Shown piece by piece: positions 25,835 to 36,289 of a DNA stretch of 50,233 bases (position 1 is its first letter; the number at the start of each line of letters is the position of its first letter). The position numbers and the translations under genes were made by a program. Location: contig JAJZPU010000001.1 in assembly GCA_021811055.1 (NCBI GenBank), positions 1 to 50,233 of the forward strand. The letters are read 5' to 3'. The notes below the pieces were generated by a model. The model was not told the origin of the DNA. It saw nothing but the letters and a program-made list of their open reading frames with translations, and made no database searches. This stretch comes from a bacterium (GTDB lineage Bacteria > Patescibacteriota > Minisyncoccia > UBA6257 > GWB1-50-10).

Positions 25835-27775
25835 ATGGCAAAAAAAATAATAGGAATAGACCTTGGTACCACCAATTCGGCGGTAGCGGTCATGGACAAG
25901 GGTGAATTGAAGATCCTCGAAAATCAGGAAGGAAATCGCACGACCCCGTCCGTTGTCGCGCATAGTAAATCGGAGGAACGTCTTGCGGGTATGTCAGCAA
26001 AGCGTCAGGCGGTAGTGAATCCGAAAAACACCATTTTTTCGGTGAAACGTCTTATCGGAAGAAAATTTACGGACGAAGAGATAAAACGCGATAAAAGCGT
26101 GCTTTCGTATGAAATCCGCGAATCTTCGAAGGGGGGAGTGGAAGTGAAAATGGGAGACAAGTGGTATACTCCCGAAGAAATATCGGCAATGATACTTCAA
26201 AAATTGAAGTCGGACGCGGAGGCGCGGCTGGGAGAGAAAATCACCGATGCGGTGATCACCGTGCCGGCATATTTTGATGACAGCCAGCGACAAGCGACAA
26301 AAACCGCGGGAGAAATTGCGGGACTTACCGTACGGAGAATTATCAATGAACCGACCGCTGCGGCGCTCGCATACGGATTGAACAGTAAGAAGAGCGAGCA
26401 GGTGGTGGTTTATGATTTTGGTGGCGGCACATTCGATGTTTCGGTACTTGAAGTTGATTTCGATGCGTTGGGAGGAGACGTGAAGGTGCTTGCAACGGGA
26501 GGAGATACGCACCTTGGAGGGGATGATTTCGATAAACGAATTATCGAACATCTTGTGAGTGAATATAAAAAACAGGAAGGAATAGATATTTCGAAAGATC
26601 CGTTGGCGTTACAGCGACTGAAGGAAGCTGCAGAACGCGCAAAACACGAACTTTCCACGGCAATGGAAACGGAAATCAATCTTCCGTATATCACATCAGA
26701 TGCCAATGGACCGAAACATTTTCTTATGAAGCTCACGCGTGCGAAACTTGAGGATCTGGTTCACGACCTTCTCGAACGATCTATTGTTCTTGTAAAAGAA
26801 GCGGTGACGTCGCCGGCACCGAAAGGAGCAGGTTTAAAGATAGAAGACATCGATGAAATAGTGCTCGTGGGTGGACAAACCAGGATGCCCGCGATGCAGG
26901 AGGCAGTGAAGAAATTGTTTGGAAAAGAGCCGAATAAGAGCATCAATCCCGATGAAGTTGTGGCGCTTGGTGCAGCGGCGCAGGGAGAAATTATTGCGGC
27001 AAAAGACGAGGGGAGGAAGACAGAAGGAGAAGTAAAAGATATTCTTTTGCTTGACGTGACGCCGCTCACACTTTCGATCGAAACACTGGGAAGTGTTGCA
27101 ACGCCGATGATTCCGAAAAATACTACCGTGCCGACCTCGAAAACGCAGGTATTTTCGACAGCGGCGGACAGTCAGACATCAGTTGAAATACACATCGGAC
27201 AGGGGGAGCGTCCGATGATGCCGGACAATAAAACGCTCGGGCGATTTATTCTTGACGGTATTCCGCCGTCGCCTCGAGGCATTCCTCAGATCGAGGTAAC
27301 GTTCGACATCGACGCGAACGGTATTTTGAACGTATCCGCAAAGGACAAAGCGAGTGGAAAATCACAGTCGATACGCATTGAGGCATCAACGAGCTTAAGT
27401 AAGGATGAGGTGGAACGACTGAAGAAAGAAGCGGCCGAACACGCTGCCGAAGACGAAAAGAAAAGGGTGCTTATAGAAGAAAAGAATCGTGCCGAATCAA
27501 TGGTGTATGTTGCGGAAAAAAGTCTGAAGGAAAATGCGGAAAAAATTCCCGCGGACGTGAAGTCGGATGTGGAAGAAAAAATAAAGAAAGTGAACGAGGT
27601 GAAAGATGGGGATGATGCCCAGGGTATTACCGCGGCTGTCGGTGAATTATCCACGGCAATGCAAAAGATAGGCGAATCCTTGTATAATAAAGACACGAAC
27701 CAGGAAACCGGAAATACATCCGGCGGGGAGGAAAGCGGACAAACACCAAATGACACCGGGACCAACAATAACTAG
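25835..27775 (+). CDS. dnaK: Molecular chaperone DnaK
   Basis: [52 protein letters not shown]. Confidence 0.99.
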   Translation: MAKKIIGIDLGTTNSAVAVMDKGELKILENQEGNRTTPSVVAHSKSEERLAGMSAKRQAVVNPKNTIFSVKRLIGRKFTDEEIKRDKSVLSYEIRESSKGGVEVKMGDKWYTPEEISAMILQKLKSDAEARLGEKITDAVITVPAYFDDSQRQATKTAGEIAGLTVRRIINEPTAAALAYGLNSKKSEQVVVYDFGGGTFDVSVLEVDFDALGGDVKVLATGGDTHLGGDDFDKRIIEHLVSEYKKQEGIDISKDPLALQRLKEAAERAKHELSTAMETEINLPYITSDANGPKHFLMKLTRAKLEDLVHDLLERSIVLVKEAVTSPAPKGAGLKIEDIDEIVLVGGQTRMPAMQEAVKKLFGKEPNKSINPDEVVALGAAAQGEIIAAKDEGRKTEGEVKDILLLDVTPLTLSIETLGSVATPMIPKNTTVPTSKTQVFSTAADSQTSVEIHIGQGERPMMPDNKTLGRFILDGIPPSPRGIPQIEVTFDIDANGILNVSAKDKASGKSQSIRIEASTSLSKDEVERLKKEAAEHAAEDEKKRVLIEEKNRAESMVYVAEKSLKENAEKIPADVKSDVEEKIKKVNEVKDGDDAQGITAAVGELSTAMQKIGESLYNKDTNQETGNTSGGEESGQTPNDTGTNNN

Positions 27776-28790
27776 CCAGGCAACGGAAGCCGAGGTGGAT
27801 CGGAATAATCTGAAGATAACGATCCTTGGGATACTCGGCATCGGAGCAAGTATTCTTGCCGCGCGCATTTTTATGGCGCTTCTTGCGGATCTTCGCACCG
27901 ATTATTTTGTTGTGTGGGGAGTATCGGTGTGCGTATTCATAACGCTTCTCATGCTTCAGACTATATTTATAAAGAGCAGAACGAAACTTCAGATGTTGAT
28001 GTTCCTTCAGGGAATCGCTCCGGCGGTACTTCTCTTTGAATATTTTTATCCAGCCGTTTCGTTTCCTCTGTTTATTGGAATATTTCTTTCGTGCTTTTTT
28101 TACATGATAGCGGCAAATAGAGGGTGGACGATACTCGCGAACAGTCTGAATATAAAATTTTCTTTTATAGCAAAAAATACGATTCCCAAAGCGCTTACGG
28201 GAGTCCTTATCTTTTCGAGTTTGTTCGCATATACCTATTATTTTGAAGCGGGAAAATTCACGAAAGATCTCGGACAATCCGTGGTATATCAGTTACTTGA
28301 CGCGTCACAACCACTGGTTGAAATGTGGTTTCCCGGCGTGAGCTTTTCGCAGAGCGGAAAAGAATTTTTTGAAAGAATAGCAACGACACAACTTGAAAAA
28401 ATTCCGTTCGAAGAAGCGGCGAAAAATCCGGCACTTGCCGAGTTCGGAAAATTGCCGGAAAAAGAAAAGCAAAAGATCATCGTTGAGGCCGGGGCGAAGG
28501 TGCGTATCGCGGCGGAAAGTTCGTTTGGCGCGTTTCCCGCGAATGAACCGGTGAAAAATTCCGTGTTTATCATAGTGCAAAGTTGGACAAAAGATATGAA
28601 ACAAAAATTCGGAGATGTTTTTTCAATAGTGCTCACAATCATCATCTTCTTTTCTTTGAAGGGTTTCTTCGCCTTATTTCATTGGCTTGCGGCACTTGTG
28701 GCATTCCTTACCTACAAATTCCTTATTGTGACGGGATTCGCGTATACAAATATAGAGAGTAGAAGTAGGGAGTTTATCCTTTTGTCGTAG
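27750..28790 (+). CDS. Hypothetical polytopic membrane protein
   Basis: 346-aa ORF with about 5 N-terminal TMs, a soluble domain and C-terminal TMs; start uncertain (GTG 27795 possible). Confidence 0.7.
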   Translation: MTPGPTITSQATEAEVDRNNLKITILGILGIGASILAARIFMALLADLRTDYFVVWGVSVCVFITLLMLQTIFIKSRTKLQMLMFLQGIAPAVLLFEYFYPAVSFPLFIGIFLSCFFYMIAANRGWTILANSLNIKFSFIAKNTIPKALTGVLIFSSLFAYTYYFEAGKFTKDLGQSVVYQLLDASQPLVEMWFPGVSFSQSGKEFFERIATTQLEKIPFEEAAKNPALAEFGKLPEKEKQKIIVEAGAKVRIAAESSFGAFPANEPVKNSVFIIVQSWTKDMKQKFGDVFSIVLTIIIFFSLKGFFALFHWLAALVAFLTYKFLIVTGFAYTNIESRSREFILLS

Positions 28791-28895
28791 ACAAAGGAAA
28801 ACTTTAGTTTTTAATTTCCAATTTTTAAATAAATTCAAAATTTCAATATCTAAAGTCCAAAGCCGCATTTAATATTTGGATTTAGTGTTTTATCC

Positions 28896-30005
28896 ATGTC
28901 TAAAGATTATTACAAAATATTAGGAGTTGAACGAAATGCATCTGACGATGAGGTGAAAAAAGCGTATCGAAAACTCGCGCATCAACATCACCCCGATAAA
29001 CAAGGAGGTGATGAAAAAAAATTCAAAGAGATAAATGAGGCATACCAGGTGCTTTCAAGCAAGGAAAAGCGCGCGCAGTACGATCAGTTCGGGACCACAT
29101 TCGACGCCGCTGCGGCCGGAGGTTCGGGTGGATTTTCCGGATTCGGAGGTTTCAATCCGAACGATTTTCAGAACTGGAATTTTCAGGAGGGATTCGGCGG
29201 AAATGATTTCGGTGATATATTCGAAACGATTTTTGAACAATTTGGTGGAGGGCGGGGACGGAAACAGGAAAGTGATCATCGTGGAGGAGATGCCGAAACG
29301 GAAGAGGTCCTTACCCTCGAAGAGGCGTTTCGTGGAGTGGATCGTGTAATAAAATTCAAAACGCACATATCGTGTCTAAAGTGTGGCGGTGCGGGTCATG
29401 ACGCGGCGAAAGGATTCGGAACGTGCGCAAAATGCAAGGGAAAGGGAGAGATCCGTGTAGAGCGAAAAACGGTGTTCGGGAATTTTTCACAGATCGCAGT
29501 ATGCGATACGTGTAGAGGGAGCGGAAAGACGCCGAATGCGATATGTTCCGTATGCGGAGGAAAGGGGCGAGTTTCAGATATGAGGGAAGTAAAATTTTCC
29601 ATTGCCCCCGGAATTGAGGATGGGCAAATACTTCAGATACGGGGCGGAGGAGAAGCGGGAGAGCGCGGCGCACGATCGGGAGATTTGTTTGTGCGCATCC
29701 GCGTGAAGCCCCATGCCGTTTTTTCCCGAGAGAAGGAGAATCTTTTTATGAAGAAGGATATTCGTGCGACCGACGCATTACTTGGAAAGAAGATAGTTGC
29801 GAAAGACATCGGAGGGGAGGAGTTTCACTACTTTGTACCGGAAGATTTTGATATGAGCCAACCTCTGAAGATAAGAGGAAAAGGAATGCCGAAATTTGGG
29901 TCGTCATCCCGCGGAGATTTGTACATACAATTTTCAATAAAAACACCGAAAAAACTCTCGAAAAAAGCAAAAGAACTCCTGGAGGAACTGGATGGAGAAA
30001 TTTGA
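28896..30005 (+). CDS. dnaJ: Molecular chaperone DnaJ
   Basis: KDYY.ILG, HPD, G/F-rich linker, four CxxCxGxG repeats. Confidence 0.97.
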   Translation: MSKDYYKILGVERNASDDEVKKAYRKLAHQHHPDKQGGDEKKFKEINEAYQVLSSKEKRAQYDQFGTTFDAAAAGGSGGFSGFGGFNPNDFQNWNFQEGFGGNDFGDIFETIFEQFGGGRGRKQESDHRGGDAETEEVLTLEEAFRGVDRVIKFKTHISCLKCGGAGHDAAKGFGTCAKCKGKGEIRVERKTVFGNFSQIAVCDTCRGSGKTPNAICSVCGGKGRVSDMREVKFSIAPGIEDGQILQIRGGGEAGERGARSGDLFVRIRVKPHAVFSREKENLFMKKDIRATDALLGKKIVAKDIGGEEFHYFVPEDFDMSQPLKIRGKGMPKFGSSSRGDLYIQFSIKTPKKLSKKAKELLEELDGEI

Positions 30006-30031
30006 CGAAATTTCTATTTCTGTATAATATA

Positions 30032-30180
30032 ACCGTACACCCGTAGACAGCTCCGACGTTTCAGTCGGAGTCCCGACCAGGAAAATGTGTCGGGACAGGT
30101 AGCTAGAAATAGCGTAAGATCCTGCCGAGGAAGACGAACAGCATATTTTGGTCTGCGGCGTAAAGGTCGGAGATTTTTTT
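30032..30180 (+). promoter_or_regulatory. Ribosomal protein L10 leader carrying a 45-nt insertion
   Basis: CCGTAGACAG...CAGG...TAA...CCTGCCGAGG core upstream of rplJ; promoter TTGACG (30002) with TATAAT/TAATAT at 30023-30030. Confidence 0.8.
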
Positions 30181-30187
30181 GTTTCAT

Positions 30188-30685
30188 ATGAAGACAAAAG
30201 CACAAAAGGAAGAAAAAATAGAGAAAAGCGTAAAAATCATCGGTGAAAAAAACACGGTTATTTTTGCCGATTTCACCGGTACGAAGGTGAATAATATGAA
30301 TGCGCTCCGGAAGACGTTACACGAGACGGAGACAAAGCTTGAAGTGTTTAAAAAACGCCTTTTTCGCGTCGCACTCCAGAAAAGCGGATTCGAATTTAAT
30401 CCGGAAACCCTTGGTGGACAACTTGGGGTCATCTATTCGGATAAGAATATAGATGAGATCGCCGGTACGATATGGAAATTCGCAAAACAGAACAAAACCT
30501 TCAAGATTCTCGGAGGATTGCATCTTCGCGAGAAGACATTCGTTCCGGGAGTGGAAGTGGAAACAATAGGACAATTACCGTCGCGCGATGTACTCATCGC
30601 ACAGGTGGTGGGGACGATTGCGGCACCGATAAGCGCATTTCTCTATGTGTTAAGTGAACGCGGAAAACAATTACAGTCGAAATAA
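30188..30685 (+). CDS. rplJ: 50S ribosomal protein L10
   Basis: KTKAQK..FADFTG..LRK.L..VFKKRL..LPSR..LIAQ; directly precedes rplL. Confidence 0.93.
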   Translation: MKTKAQKEEKIEKSVKIIGEKNTVIFADFTGTKVNNMNALRKTLHETETKLEVFKKRLFRVALQKSGFEFNPETLGGQLGVIYSDKNIDEIAGTIWKFAKQNKTFKILGGLHLREKTFVPGVEVETIGQLPSRDVLIAQVVGTIAAPISAFLYVLSERGKQLQSK

Positions 30686-30699
30686 ATTTATTCATTACT

Positions 30700-31065
30700 A
30701 TGGAAAAATATAATGATATCATCGAGAAGATAGAAAAAATGACCGTTGTCGAGCTCGCGGAGCTCGTGAAGGTCCTTGAGGAAAAGTTTGGAGTGACCGC
30801 GGCGGCACCGGCAGCGGCAGGTGCGGCAGGGGGAGCAGCGGAAGCGGTGGAAAAGACCGAATTCAATGTTGTATTGAAGGCGGCGGGAGATCAGAAAATC
30901 AACGTTATCAAGGTGGTAAAGGAGGCGACCGGACTCGGACTCAAGGAAGCGAAGGATATTGTTGACAGTGCTCCGAAAGCGGTGAAGGAAGGAATGAAGA
31001 AGGAGGATGCGGAAGAACTCAAGAAAAAACTTGAGGATGCGGGGGCAGTGGTGACATTGGAGTAG
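30700..31065 (+). CDS. rplL: 50S ribosomal protein L7/L12
   Basis: [42 protein letters not shown]. Confidence 0.99.
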   Translation: MEKYNDIIEKIEKMTVVELAELVKVLEEKFGVTAAAPAAAGAAGGAAEAVEKTEFNVVLKAAGDQKINVIKVVKEATGLGLKEAKDIVDSAPKAVKEGMKKEDAEELKKKLEDAGAVVTLE

Positions 31066-31068
31066 TGG

Positions 31069-31219
31069 AAAAGAAGGGTTTGTTGTTTTTAGCACCGGTT
31101 GTTGTTTTGCTCCAGCGGCAAAACCCAACCTACACTCTCGTCCCGACGGCTCCGGCGTTGCCGGATACCAAGCCCATCGGGGACTCCGAGGGTTGCTAAA
31201 AGACAACAAACCTTCTTTT
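31069..31219. ncRNA. Candidate unassigned structured RNA (three-way junction)
   Basis: A terminal inverted repeat of about 25 bp (31069-31094 / 31194-31219) encloses two GC-rich hairpins. Confidence 0.45.
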
Positions 31220-31427
31220 TGTGGGTGGTGTGATTTTTACGGGACTTCCGAGACACTTTTCTCAATAATAAAGAGACCTTTTCTTCTCCGTGTTTTTCGG
31301 AGATTTTGAGAGTTGTCAAAGAAACAAAGAGCTTATTTTTTTTGATGCAATTAATGGGAATTCCGAGAGCCACCGTAAAACATTTTTGTTTTATTTCTTT
31401 TGGTAGATTGTTTATTATAAATACGAA

Positions 31428-31504
31428 GGGCGCTTAGCTCAGATGGTTAGAGCGTACGATTCACATTCGTAAGGTCACAGGTTCGATTCCTGTAGCGCCC
31501 ACCA
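31428..31504 (+). tRNA. tRNA-Val(CAC), CCA encoded
   Basis: GGGCGCT..AGCGCCC acceptor stem, anticodon arm TACGA-ttCACat-TCGTA, GGTTCGATTCC T-loop, ACCA end. Confidence 0.96.
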
Positions 31505-31905
31505 TGAAGATATTTCTTTCGTATAGGTTCTCCGGAGAAGATCCGAAAGAACTCGAAAAAACACTATCGGCGATAAAAAATGCGCTTGAGGAGGGGGGAC
31601 ATGAAGTCTTTTGCTCGTTTTGGAGCGAAGAAATTTTTAGAACGCACGGGTTTTCGAATAAACAGATTCTCGAATATGCCCTGGAAAAATTGAAAAGTGC
31701 CGACGCCAGCCTGATTTTTATAAAATCGGACGAAAAATCGGAAGGTATGCTTCTCGAAACGGGGTATGCATTCGCGCTTGGAAAGAGAAAAATACTTGCA
31801 ATAAGAAGCGGGATACCGACGGTGTTCTTGCGTCAGATCGCGAATGAAATAGTCGAATTCGATTCAATCGACGATTTGTGCGGGAAGTTAAAGAATTTAA
31901 GATAA
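31504..31905 (+). CDS. Nucleoside 2-deoxyribosyltransferase-like protein
   Basis: MKIFLSY..G, then AD..I....SEGMLLETGYAFALGK with the catalytic Glu motif of the NDT superfamily. Confidence 0.75.
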   Translation: MKIFLSYRFSGEDPKELEKTLSAIKNALEEGGHEVFCSFWSEEIFRTHGFSNKQILEYALEKLKSADASLIFIKSDEKSEGMLLETGYAFALGKRKILAIRSGIPTVFLRQIANEIVEFDSIDDLCGKLKNLR

Positions 31906-31912
31906 TGATTTT

Positions 31913-32548
31913 ATGAAAATAACGAAATTTGGACATTGCTGTCTGCTTATAGAGGAAAACGGATTACGGATACTGACCGATCCGGGCACGTATTCAACGG
32001 ATCAAAATGATGTAGACGTCGTAGATATTGTTCTTATTACACACGAACATCACGATCATCTCCATATGGAGTCATTGAAAACGATTTTGAAGAACAATCC
32101 GAATGCGAAAGTCATCACGAACAAAACCGTGGGGGCTATTTTAGAAGAGGAGCGTATTTCTTTCGAAATTCTTGAACATGGAGAACACATCACAATCGGA
32201 GGAGTATTGATTGAGGGGTTCGGAAAAAAACACGCGGTGATATACTCTTCAATGCCGCAGACGCAAAATACCGGATATTTTATCGGAAAAAAACTTTTTT
32301 ATCCTGGGGACGCATATACCGATCCGCAGAAGCATATCGACGTGCTTGCGCTTCCCGTCGCGGGACCATGGGTGAAATTAGAGGACGCAATCGATTATGT
32401 GATCACAATAAAACCGGATGCGTGTTTCCCCGTACACGACGGGAATCTAAAATCGCCGGGAGCTGCCCATCGAATTCCGGAACAAGTATTGGAAAAAAAG
32501 AAAATCCGTTTTTCAGTATTGGAAATAAAAAAGGAATATCAATTCTGA
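31913..32548 (+). CDS. MBL-fold metallo-hydrolase
   Basis: GHCC.LIE..ILTDPG, THEHHDH, YPGD, PVHD. Confidence 0.9.
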   Translation: MKITKFGHCCLLIEENGLRILTDPGTYSTDQNDVDVVDIVLITHEHHDHLHMESLKTILKNNPNAKVITNKTVGAILEEERISFEILEHGEHITIGGVLIEGFGKKHAVIYSSMPQTQNTGYFIGKKLFYPGDAYTDPQKHIDVLALPVAGPWVKLEDAIDYVITIKPDACFPVHDGNLKSPGAAHRIPEQVLEKKKIRFSVLEIKKEYQF

Positions 32549-32567
32549 AAAAGTATATAATGAACAC

Positions 32568-32864
32568 ATGGGACAGATAAAGGAAAAAATAGAGAAGATA
32601 AAAGAAAAAGGAAGTGGGGTAAAAGAGGAAGTGCGGGAAAAAACACTCGGATATATTCTCGCCGCGCTTGGACTTGTTGCCGGTCTCTCGTGGAACGAGA
32701 CAATAAAAGCGTTTATCGAATATTTTTTTCCACTGAACGAAAATTCTCTTTTTGCAAAGCTCGTTTATTCGATATTTATCACGTTTGTAGTGGTGTTTTT
32801 AAGCATGTATATGACGAAGCTTTTCAGGAAGGGAAGTGGGGAATCGAGCGAAAACCAGTATTGA
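32568..32864 (+). CDS. Small two-TM protein, DUF5654-like
   Basis: I.AALGLVAGLSWNE.IK...L.YSI.IT motif. Confidence 0.7.
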   Translation: MGQIKEKIEKIKEKGSGVKEEVREKTLGYILAALGLVAGLSWNETIKAFIEYFFPLNENSLFAKLVYSIFITFVVVFLSMYMTKLFRKGSGESSENQY

Positions 32865-32969
32865 AACATTGCAACTGTTGATAACTTGAATGTAATGTAG
32901 AAAAACATAGAAGAATAAAGGCTTTTTCACCTCATCCACGGGGTGTTTTTCTTTTCGTCTCTCATGGTG

Positions 32970-33030
32970 TATGATGATTGGGAAGTGGGGAATTGTGGAT
33001 AACAGTGTGGATAAGTACCCATTGTGGGGG
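32970..33030 (+). promoter_or_regulatory. mraZ operator region: ~10-bp-phased GTGG repeats overlapping two DnaA-box matches
   Basis: TATGAT at 32970; GTGG/GTGT at 32985, 32995, 33005 and 33024; TGTGGATAA at 32994-33002 and 33006-33014. Confidence 0.65.
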
Positions 33031-33043
33031 ATAACCGAAAACT

Positions 33044-33475
33044 ATGCTTCTTGGAGAATATAAACACAATTTGGATCCGAAGGGCCGCGTCGCGGTTCCT
33101 GCAAAGTTCCGGGAAAAATTTGAAACGGGTGCGATTGTCACCCGCGGACTCGACCATTGTCTTTTCATATTCGGAAAATCCGAGTGGGAAGTGTTGGCAC
33201 AAAAAATAGTTTCTCTCCCTCTTGCACAGGCGGGCTCACGCGCATTCGCGCGTCTCATGCTTTCCGGTGCGACCGACGTTGCGCTCGACATACAGGGGCG
33301 CATTCTTATTCCCGATTCACTCCGCAATTACGCGCATTTAAAAAAACAGGTGGTGGTGACGGGTATGTATACGCGCGTCGAATTGTGGGACGTGGATGCA
33401 TGGGAGGCGTACAAGACGAAAACGGAAAGCGCCGCCGATGAGATTGCCGAAAAGCTGGGAGAGTTGGGGATATGA
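33044..33475 (+). CDS. mraZ: Division/cell-wall cluster repressor MraZ
   Basis: GEY.H.LDPKGR..VPAKFR, TRGLD.CL, D.QGRILIP, RVELW. Confidence 0.97.
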   Translation: MLLGEYKHNLDPKGRVAVPAKFREKFETGAIVTRGLDHCLFIFGKSEWEVLAQKIVSLPLAQAGSRAFARLMLSGATDVALDIQGRILIPDSLRNYAHLKKQVVVTGMYTRVELWDVDAWEAYKTKTESAADEIAEKLGELGI

Positions 33476-34368
33476 GCATGACGCACATTCCAGTTCTTTT
33501 ACATGAAGTGGTGCGAACATTACAACCGAAAGAAGGGGAAACATTCGTTGACGGCACGTTGGGAAGCGGTGGTCATGCTGAAGTGATTCTGAACGCGCTT
33601 GGAGAGAGGGGAATGTTTATCGGTATTGATGCGGATGCGGATGCGGTTGCCGCGGCGAAAGAAAAATTCAAGCACGATTCCCGATGCATATTCGTTCACG
33701 AAAATTATGCGAACCTTCCCGAAATACTTCGACGATTGCACATTGATCGCGTGGACGGGATACTCATTGATCTTGGATTTTCCTCGACGCAGATAGACGA
33801 TGCGACACGTGGGTTCAGTTTTAAATTTCCCGACGCCGTGCTTGATATGCGTTACGGAGTGAGCGGCGACGGAGAAGCGGCACACGATATTGTAAACACC
33901 TGGGATGAGAAATCGCTTCTTTTAATATTTAAAAAATTCGGAGAAGAGCGATATGCGGGGCGTATGGCGCGGAAGATTATAAGCGAAAGAAAAAAGAAAC
34001 ACATACAGACCGTCGGAGAACTGGTGAATATCGTGGAACGGGTGGTGCCGATGCCGCGAGGGAAGCGAACCTTCATTCATCCCGCGACACGAATTTTCCA
34101 GGCACTTCGGATCGCCGTGAACAACGAACTTGAAAATCTCGACACGATATTGGGAGTGTTGCCCGAAATTGTTGCCCCTCGAGGACGGGTGGGAATCATT
34201 TCCTTTCATTCGCTTGAGGACAGAGAGATAAAAGTACATTTCAAATCGCTGGTTGCAAACAAAATCGCGTCATTTATCACAAAGAAACCAATTATTCCAT
34301 CTGTTTCGGAAGTCGGAGAAAATCCGCGGAGCAGATCGGCAAAATTAAGAGCAATAACAATTTTATAA
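33472..34368 (+). CDS. rsmH: 16S rRNA (cytosine1402-N4)-methyltransferase
   Basis: HIPVLL.EV, DGTLGSGGH, DLGFSS.Q, FQALRIAVN.EL, ISFHSLEDR, NPRSRSAKLR. Confidence 0.98.
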   Translation: MSMTHIPVLLHEVVRTLQPKEGETFVDGTLGSGGHAEVILNALGERGMFIGIDADADAVAAAKEKFKHDSRCIFVHENYANLPEILRRLHIDRVDGILIDLGFSSTQIDDATRGFSFKFPDAVLDMRYGVSGDGEAAHDIVNTWDEKSLLLIFKKFGEERYAGRMARKIISERKKKHIQTVGELVNIVERVVPMPRGKRTFIHPATRIFQALRIAVNNELENLDTILGVLPEIVAPRGRVGIISFHSLEDREIKVHFKSLVANKIASFITKKPIIPSVSEVGENPRSRSAKLRAITIL

Positions 34369-34380
34369 ATTTTTAAAAAC

Positions 34381-34671
34381 ATGACCATTATCAGTCCGGC
34401 AAAAAATCAAAATATATTTCGTTTTTTCGCAGTGTTGTTCGCAGTGCTTGTTATAGGCGGAGTCGTATATATCTACGAATACAACGAAGTAGCGAATGCG
34501 CGCTTTGAGGTTAAAACATTGAAACAGGAAATAGTGAAACTTGAAGGAGAGGGTGCTGAGTTAAAAAATGAACTATATCGGGCAACCGACCCCGAAAAAT
34601 TGCAGGAACTCACGCGGGATTTTGATCTTACCGTCCAACAGAAACCGCAGTATCTCACTCTCTCGCGATGA
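34381..34671 (+). CDS. Putative cell-division protein FtsL-like
   Basis: Single TM plus coiled coil, located between rsmH and ftsI. Confidence 0.65.
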   Translation: MTIISPAKNQNIFRFFAVLFAVLVIGGVVYIYEYNEVANARFEVKTLKQEIVKLEGEGAELKNELYRATDPEKLQELTRDFDLTVQQKPQYLTLSR

Positions 34672-36281
34672 AAGTGCGATTTTACACGCTCGCATTATTT
34701 TTTATTACCCTCTATGTGATGTTGGGGGTGAATTTGTACGATCTTCAGATACAAAAAGGGGATTATTTTACCGAGAGAGTGAACGCGATGAAGGAACTGA
34801 ATGCGGCGCTTCAACTCCGCCGCGGACAGATATTCATTACCGATCGGACGGGAGAGGGGATTCCGCTCGCGATAAACAAAGATGAGCCGATTATTTTCAT
34901 TTCTCCGAAAGAAGTTACGGAAAGGGAAAAATTGCTTGAGATACTTCCCACCGGGATTGGCATCGATGCCGCTTTTTTGAAAAAAGCATTGGAGAACAAA
35001 GAAAGTTCTTTCAAACTCCTTGTGGAGAAAGCAACCGATGACGAAATAGCGTTCATAAAAAAAATCGTGAAAGAAGACGGCATAAAGGGAATATATACCG
35101 ATACAAAACAGTACCGATATTACGCATTCCAGTCCCTTGCCTCACAGCTCTCAGGATTCGTTGGTTTTACGGAGGATAACGATCAGCCGGTGGGATTGTA
35201 TGGAATCGAAAAAATGTATGACGACCGGCTTGCGGGGGGGGATTCGGTGTATCTTACGATCGACCGCACGATCCAGACGCACGTGGAACAGGTGCTTGAA
35301 GACCTTATGAAAAATTACGATGCGGTGGGAGGAACCGTCATCGTTGAAGAACCGAAAACGGGAAAAATAATCGCACTGGCGAGCAAACCCGATTTTGATC
35401 CGAATGAATACAAAAAATATCCCATTAAAAGTTTTTTGAATCCCGCGGTACAGTTGGTGTATGAACCGGGATCGGTGATGAAGCCGTTCACGATGGCTGC
35501 CGGTATCGAAACCGGAGTGATTACTCCCGATACGACGTTCGTCGACAAGGGGAGTGTCACGATGAATGGAAGAACGATACGGAATGCGAACGATAAGGTA
35601 TACGGGAAAATTACCATGACACAGGTCATTGAGAACTCGGTAAACACCGGGGCGATATTTGCCGAACAACAAGTCGGGCACAGTCGGTTTATTTCGTATC
35701 TGAAAAAATTCGGATTTGGAGAAAAGACAAATATCGATATTCCCGATGAGATCGGCGGCAGTCTCAAAAATCTCGAACGAAGCGCGGTGCGGGACATAGA
35801 TTTCGCGACAGCATCGTTCGGACAAGGAACATCGGTGACGCCGTTACAGCTCGCGAACGCGTTTTCCACGATTGCGAACGGAGGGTTGCTTATGAAGCCG
35901 TTCGTGAGCAAAGACGCGGAACCGTATGTGGTGAGAAGAGTGGTGAGTGAAGACACAACAAAAAAAATAACAGCAATGCTCGAATCGACGGTGGAAAAGG
36001 CAAAGATTGCCGCAATTCCGCAATATAGGGTTGCGGGAAAAACGGGAACTGCATACATTCCGGATTTTACGAAAGGAGGGTATACGGAAGAGATGATGCA
36101 TACGTTTGTCGGGTTCGCTCCCGCGAGCGATCCGCAGTTCGTTGTTCTTGTAAAACTTGAAAAACCCCAGGTGGGAGAACTTGCCGGAATGACGGTGGTT
36201 CCCGCGTTTCGCGATATTGCGCAATATATCATTAACTATTACCATATTCCTCCGGACAAGCTTTCCGTCACGGAACAATAA
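34668..36281 (+). CDS. ftsI: Class B penicillin-binding protein (FtsI/PBP2-type)
   Basis: RGQIFITDR, YEPGSVMK (SxxK), SVN, FGQG, GKTGTA; dcw cluster position. Confidence 0.9.
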   Translation: MKVRFYTLALFFITLYVMLGVNLYDLQIQKGDYFTERVNAMKELNAALQLRRGQIFITDRTGEGIPLAINKDEPIIFISPKEVTEREKLLEILPTGIGIDAAFLKKALENKESSFKLLVEKATDDEIAFIKKIVKEDGIKGIYTDTKQYRYYAFQSLASQLSGFVGFTEDNDQPVGLYGIEKMYDDRLAGGDSVYLTIDRTIQTHVEQVLEDLMKNYDAVGGTVIVEEPKTGKIIALASKPDFDPNEYKKYPIKSFLNPAVQLVYEPGSVMKPFTMAAGIETGVITPDTTFVDKGSVTMNGRTIRNANDKVYGKITMTQVIENSVNTGAIFAEQQVGHSRFISYLKKFGFGEKTNIDIPDEIGGSLKNLERSAVRDIDFATASFGQGTSVTPLQLANAFSTIANGGLLMKPFVSKDAEPYVVRRVVSEDTTKKITAMLESTVEKAKIAAIPQYRVAGKTGTAYIPDFTKGGYTEEMMHTFVGFAPASDPQFVVLVKLEKPQVGELAGMTVVPAFRDIAQYIINYYHIPPDKLSVTEQ

Positions 36282-36289
36282 TACTATTT

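Noticed and set aside
31069..31219. Firm call as 6S RNA, SRP RNA, twister ribozyme or SAM riboswitch
   Set aside because: No large two-sided central bubble (6S), no GNRA-capped SRP helix motif, no UAA/P2 twister geometry, and no SAM-I P1/P2 core. Left unassigned.
31220..31427. Further structure or repeats between the 151-nt element and tRNA-Val (TTTTACGG/CCGTAAAA, TTCCGAGA twice)
   Set aside because: Matches are only 8 bp long and cannot be distinguished from chance by eye.
32865..33043. Replication origin
   Set aside because: Only two perfect DnaA boxes, no adjacent dnaA/dnaN, no clear unwinding element and no switch in gene orientation; kept only as a regulatory hypothesis.
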